Assembly (NCBI GenBank): GCA_963798485.1
Contig: CAWCTR010000022.1
Coordinates: forward strand, 32,001-96,000
Length of the DNA stretch: 64,000 bases
Reading direction: 5' to 3'
DNA from: an uncultured delta proteobacterium
GTDB lineage: Bacteria; Desulfobacterota; Desulfomonilia; UBA1062
Positions 59,562 to 64,000 of the stretch are shown piece by piece. The translations under genes were made by a program, and so were the position numbers. The stretch's first letter is position 1, and each line of letters opens with the position of its first letter. The notes under the pieces were generated by a model. That model was not told the DNA's origin, ran no database searches, and saw only the letters and a program-made list of their open reading frames with translations.

Positions 59562-60953
59562 TTATTGATGATGAATGGTCAGTTTGTCGCCGGGCTTGAT
59601 CTGTGCGGTAGAGGTCAGCTTGTTCCAGCGAAGGATGTCCATGGTGGAGACATCGAATTGTTTTGAGATCCCCCAGAGGGTATCGCCTTTCTTAACCTTA
59701 TATTTTGTAGACTTCACATGCGCCTGCTTGCTTTGTGCAGAGGGGATGATCAGGGTTTTTCCTAATATCAGGGCTTGTTTTTTGGAAATCCGGTTCGCCT
59801 TGGCAATGGCATCAACGCTTGAGGAATACTTCCTGGCAAGGGAATACAGGGTGTCACCCTTATGCACGGTGTGATGAACGTACGCGGCGGATTCATCGCT
59901 GGTATCCGGCTGGGTGTCAAGGCCTTTCTTTGATGATTTCGGTGTGTTTCTACGGACCTTGTCCCCACCATTTTTTATTGACACAGACTGAGCGTCTGTA
60001 ATGAATTCAGGGTTGTTTTCCGCCAGGGACTCATTAGGGCTGCTGCTTGATCTTGCGATTGCATCCAGATACTCAGGGCTATCCACTGTCTCGGGTGTGC
60101 CCTTTACCGTGCCCTTCGGGGGATTCGGCAGCCCATAGGCGCTGCGGTTTTTGGCCAGGATGACCGTGGCGATATATTTCGGCACATAATCGATAGTCTC
60201 AGGCTTTATGTTCATGGAATTGTTTATGTCCCAGAATGTGTATACATCATGGTTTTTCATGAGGCGGATGAGCGTCCCTTCTCCTGCGTTGTATGCCGCA
60301 ATTGCCAGGTACCAGTCGCCGAAGATGGAATAGAGGTGCCTCAGATACAGTGCTGCAGCATGTGTGGACTTCTCCAGGTGTTTACGCTCATCCACATATC
60401 TGTTCACCTGCAGTCCGTATTTTTTTGCGGTATCCGGGATAAATTGCCAGTAACCCGTTGCGCCTGAGCTTGAAACCGCATGCGGATTGGCGTTACTCTC
60501 AACCAGACATAGGTAGACCAGGTCCTTGGGGATGCCGTGTTGTTTGAATATCCGCTCCATAGTGGGTCGTATCTTGTCAAGTCTGGCGAGAGAACTCCTG
60601 AATGTATCGCGGTCGTTAACCGAGAGGCGTTCGATCCAGAGTTGCACTATTGTATTGATCTCATACATGCTGTCCGAGGTCTTTTTTTTCTGAGGTTTCC
60701 CCTTTTTCGTGGCAGGGTCATCCACCAATGGTGTATCCTGGATTATTACCTGGGGTTTTTCTTGGATCTGGGGTAGGCTGATTTCTGCGAGTGGCTGCTC
60801 TGTCGGTGTTGAGGGTTCCTGGATAGAGCTTAAATCCAGGACCGGACTGGGCGGATGTGGCGGCGGATAGTTGTAGTGGAGTGTGTGTGAGCATCCAAGC
60901 AGTGCGAACACAAGGGTAAAAATGAGTGTTGCCCTGAATGAACCCATTCTCAT
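59562..60953 (-). CDS. Lytic transglycosylase lipoprotein with LysM domains (MltD-like)
   Basis: Lipobox LLGC; LVES, ATGYWQF and AAYNAGEG SLT motifs; two C-terminal LysM domains. Confidence 0.9.
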   Translation of the reverse strand: MRMGSFRATLIFTLVFALLGCSHTLHYNYPPPHPPSPVLDLSSIQEPSTPTEQPLAEISLPQIQEKPQVIIQDTPLVDDPATKKGKPQKKKTSDSMYEINTIVQLWIERLSVNDRDTFRSSLARLDKIRPTMERIFKQHGIPKDLVYLCLVESNANPHAVSSSGATGYWQFIPDTAKKYGLQVNRYVDERKHLEKSTHAAALYLRHLYSIFGDWYLAIAAYNAGEGTLIRLMKNHDVYTFWDINNSMNIKPETIDYVPKYIATVILAKNRSAYGLPNPPKGTVKGTPETVDSPEYLDAIARSSSSPNESLAENNPEFITDAQSVSIKNGGDKVRRNTPKSSKKGLDTQPDTSDESAAYVHHTVHKGDTLYSLARKYSSSVDAIAKANRISKKQALILGKTLIIPSAQSKQAHVKSTKYKVKKGDTLWGISKQFDVSTMDILRWNKLTSTAQIKPGDKLTIHHQ

Positions 60954-61089
60954 CAACCTCCGGATTGTTGTTTTTTACTTGGATTGGATGAAACCTTCAA
61001 CCCTTTTTTTCATCTAAAAATACGGATTGTTGGTGCCGATAGATTTAATTTACTATTAGGTCATATCTTATAAAGGAGATAAATGATAA

Positions 61090-61947
61090 ATGCAACTCCC
61101 AATTGTACACAATAATGCTGTTGCGACGCTCATCGGCAAATTCGATAGAATACCTGCACTGAGCAAAGAGGAAGAATTCGACCTGGCTTTGCGCTTAAAG
61201 GAAAAAGGCGATATCGATGCCGCACAGAGGCTTATCACTGCAAACTTGCGGAACGTTGTCCGTATCGCCATGGATTATAGCGGCTATGGGCTTCCCATGG
61301 AGGACATCATCCAGGAAGGCACTATCGGTTTGATGATAGCCGTGAAAAAGTTTGATCCCCATAAGGGATACAGGCTCATGACCTATGCCGTCTGGTGGGT
61401 TAAGGCCATGATACACGATTACATACTCAGGTTCTACTCACAGGTGAAACTGGGAACCACCAAGCTGCAGAAGAGGCTCTTCTACGGGCTTAACCGGATG
61501 TCGGCCGAGGAGGATGTCGTTGACGAGCACATAACCGAGAAGTCCCATGCACTTTCGGCCAGACTCGATGCTGATCCCCACGCCATCGAGGAAATCATAT
61601 CGCGCCTGACCAACAGGGACCAGTCGCTCGACAGCCCCATGACCGACGGGAGTGACTCCAGTTTTATGGATTTCCTGGTGGACACAAGGGCAACCCCCGA
61701 GGACAGGGTCATGGAGTCCCAGCGGGCGTCTTTTGTGAAGGGCCAGATTGATACTGCCCTGGAAAAGCTATCGCCACGCGAGCAGGATATCGCCCGGCAA
61801 CGCCTTATGGCAGAGAACCCATCGACGTTAGAGGACTTGGGCAGGCAATATGCCATATCCAAAGAGAGGGTGAGACAGATCGAGAATAACGTGAAGGTCA
61901 AGCTCAAGAAGGCCCTTGCCGGCCATCTCGACCTCATGCTGCCGTAA
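61090..61947 (+). CDS. rpoH: RNA polymerase sigma-32-type factor
   Basis: DIIQEGTIGLM, RpoH-box-like QVKLGTTKLQKRLFY, and SKERVRQIE. Confidence 0.85.
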   Translation: MQLPIVHNNAVATLIGKFDRIPALSKEEEFDLALRLKEKGDIDAAQRLITANLRNVVRIAMDYSGYGLPMEDIIQEGTIGLMIAVKKFDPHKGYRLMTYAVWWVKAMIHDYILRFYSQVKLGTTKLQKRLFYGLNRMSAEEDVVDEHITEKSHALSARLDADPHAIEEIISRLTNRDQSLDSPMTDGSDSSFMDFLVDTRATPEDRVMESQRASFVKGQIDTALEKLSPREQDIARQRLMAENPSTLEDLGRQYAISKERVRQIENNVKVKLKKALAGHLDLMLP

Positions 61948-61965
61948 AGATCAAGGGGTATTTCT

Positions 61966-62412
61966 ATGACAACCCGCAAGAAGGCGCTTGCAGAAGACCT
62001 CCTGCTCCTTCAGGACAGGATGAACAGGGTTTTTGAGGAGAGTCTGAGGGAAACCGGCATCTCCCGGAATCCCGGCCAATGGATACCCCATGTGGACATG
62101 TTTGAGGATGATGTATCCCTCATCCTCAAGGCCGAGCTCCCTGGGGTGAGGCGCGAGGATATCGGGCTCGATATCACTGAGAGCATACTCACCATCAGCG
62201 GGAAGAAGCCCTTTGAACATGAGGAAACAGCTGAGAGCTTCCATGTCATGGAACGGCAATACGGGTTTTTCAAGAGATCTTTTACCCTGCCCGGGTCAGT
62301 GGATGTTGAGTGCATTGAAGCCGACTATCATGCAGGCGTCCTGGAGGTGGTCCTTCCAAAACCAACCGACACGAGATCGAGAAAGATACCCATTATCAGG
62401 CAAGGCGATTGA
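61966..62412 (+). CDS. Hsp20/alpha-crystallin small heat shock protein
   Basis: AELPGV, ERQYGFFKRSFTLP and GVLEVVLPK motifs. Confidence 0.93.
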   Translation: MTTRKKALAEDLLLLQDRMNRVFEESLRETGISRNPGQWIPHVDMFEDDVSLILKAELPGVRREDIGLDITESILTISGKKPFEHEETAESFHVMERQYGFFKRSFTLPGSVDVECIEADYHAGVLEVVLPKPTDTRSRKIPIIRQGD

Positions 62413-62938
62413 AGATCGCAAGGTTCAGAACATGCTTCGCACTCTTTTGCGAGATGATCCGGGCTAACTCAAAGGGTTGTGCGAGTTCAGGCGTGCCGGC
62501 GGTAAAAAGGTAATACAGCCTCCCTCTTGGTTTGAGGATCTTCAGACAGACATCTACTAAAGTGCTCAGAGGTGAAAACGACCGGGCGAGGAGGGCATCG
62601 AATCGCCCGATATCATCATGGAGGGGGTCATTGGGGAGGATCTCCACACCAGTAAGATTAAGTGATTCGATTGTATGCTGCAAGAAGGTGCATTTCTTGA
62701 CGGATCGCTCAATCAGGCAGATATGCGAGTCCGGATGGAGGATTTTATACGGGATTGCAGGAAGCCCTGATCCTGAGCCAAGATCGGCAAGGACAGGTTC
62801 TTCTATCCGCCTGAGCAGCGGCAGCATGACTTCAAGCTCATCTCCAATCCCTCTAAGCATGGAAGGCCCCATCAGATGGAGCTTGTCGTTATAACGCCTC
62901 AACTCACTGATCCATGTGTTAAGCTTCTCGTCCATCAT
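62396..62938 (-). CDS. rsmG: 16S rRNA m7G527 methyltransferase RsmG (GidB)
   Basis: DLGSGSGLPAIP, IERSVKKCTFL and ARSF motifs. Confidence 0.85.
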   Translation of the reverse strand: MMDEKLNTWISELRRYNDKLHLMGPSMLRGIGDELEVMLPLLRRIEEPVLADLGSGSGLPAIPYKILHPDSHICLIERSVKKCTFLQHTIESLNLTGVEILPNDPLHDDIGRFDALLARSFSPLSTLVDVCLKILKPRGRLYYLFTAGTPELAQPFELARIISQKSAKHVLNLAIFNRLA

Positions 62939-64000
62939 TTCCCGATGCAGAAACGGGAGAATATCCGCTCAAGGATGTCTTCATCAGCGGTCTCGCCGGT
63001 CATTTGCCTGAGATGATCCAATGCATGCTTCAGATCGATAGTGAGCACATCCGGGGTTAAACCTTCCCGGATGGTCTTCAGGCAGGAGTTAAGGCTGTCA
63101 AGGGCCTTGCCAAGGAGATATGCGTGCCTGTCCAAGAACACCAACGGCTGGTCGTGGGGGAATGCCCTCCTCATGGCGGTTAACAATTCGTCAAGGCCGT
63201 GAGCGAATTTTGCCGAGATGCATACTGTATCATACCCCGGGGCAGGATTAACCGCTCCTTCAACAAGATCCTTCTTATTCATTACCACGATAGTCTTGTC
63301 CGCCAGGTCCAGCCACTGTCTTTCATGGGGTTTGATCCCTTCACGGGCGTCCACTACATAAAGGACAAGGTTTGATGACTTCAAGGTCTCAATGGTCTTT
63401 TCCACCCCGATCCGTTCAGGTCCTGATGTAGTTTCCCTGATTCCGGCGGTGTCGTGGAATACGAAGTCTATGCCGTCCAGATTCAGATGCTCGCTGATGA
63501 CATCCCGGGTCGTTCCTTCCTCGTGGTGAACAATGGCCCTGTTATATCCAAGGATAGCGTTGAAGAGCGATGACTTGCCCACATTGGGCAGGCCTGCAAT
63601 GGTTGTTACAAGACCTTCATAGATCCCCTTGGCCTCTGTAGCGTCCTTGAGAAGCCCTGAGATCCGTGACGTGATATCGGTAAGCTTCTCGATCAGTACA
63701 TCTTGCCGGATGGATTCATCCTCAATGATAAAAGATGCCTCAATATCCGCGAGAAGCCCCATGATAACCTCGACTATAGCCTTGATCCGGCCTGAAAGCT
63801 CGCCTTTCAGCAGTGCATGCGCCATCTCGCAGCCTGCAGGGCTTGAAGAGCCGATCAGTGCGCCGACGGCCTCGGCCTGGACCAGGTCCATCTTGTGGTT
63901 TAAAAAGGCCCTCCTGGTGAATTCTCCCTTCTGCGCCAGGCGCGCAAGGCCGGTCGATGAGATCGTTCCCATGATACTGTTTACCACCAGCGGGTTGCCG
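62935..64000 (-). CDS. mnmE: tRNA modification GTPase MnmE, 5' end outside the window
   Basis: GEFTRRAFLN, GLPNVGKSS, DTAGIRE, NKKD and terminal FSRFCIGK. Confidence 0.97.
   Translation of the reverse strand, partial: GNPLVVNSIMGTISSTGLARLAQKGEFTRRAFLNHKMDLVQAEAVGALIGSSSPAGCEMAHALLKGELSGRIKAIVEVIMGLLADIEASFIIEDESIRQDVLIEKLTDITSRISGLLKDATEAKGIYEGLVTTIAGLPNVGKSSLFNAILGYNRAIVHHEEGTTRDVISEHLNLDGIDFVFHDTAGIRETTSGPERIGVEKTIETLKSSNLVLYVVDAREGIKPHERQWLDLADKTIVVMNKKDLVEGAVNPAPGYDTVCISAKFAHGLDELLTAMRRAFPHDQPLVFLDRHAYLLGKALDSLNSCLKTIREGLTPDVLTIDLKHALDHLRQMTGETADEDILERIFSRFCIGK

Overview
Genomic window from an anaerobic deltaproteobacterial-type (Desulfobacterota/Syntrophales-like, inferred from gene content) chromosome. 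The left part holds an 18.1 kb integrative element (4296-22396) inserted in the 3' half of tRNA-Glu(TTC) and bounded by a 46-bp direct repeat. It resembles a capsid-less phage satellite: integrase, excisionase-like protein, SF2 helicase, Prim-Pol primase, putative ori, XRE and ECF-sigma-like regulators, a second Cre-like recombinase with its own palindromic site, small membrane cargo genes and a PLD nuclease. Two unrelated IS21-family elements sit inside it. The second (17191-20604, 8-bp TSD) is the most unusual object here: within its inverted repeats it carries a basic Cys4 zinc-finger-like gene, three 19-bp direct repeats and a winged-helix gene ahead of istA-istB. The rest is core chromosome: cimA-lysC-tsaE-acpS-folP-ftsH, pilMNOPQ, ftsB, a MenK-like radical SAM enzyme, an orphan divergent dnaA, glgA, mtaB, a PolX-PHP with altered catalytic residues, a PAS kinase/sigma-54 activator pair, rpsT/holA/lptE/leuS, PBP1A, LysM proteins, rpoH-Hsp20 and rsmG-mnmE. 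All calls come from reading motifs by eye; no database searches were run.
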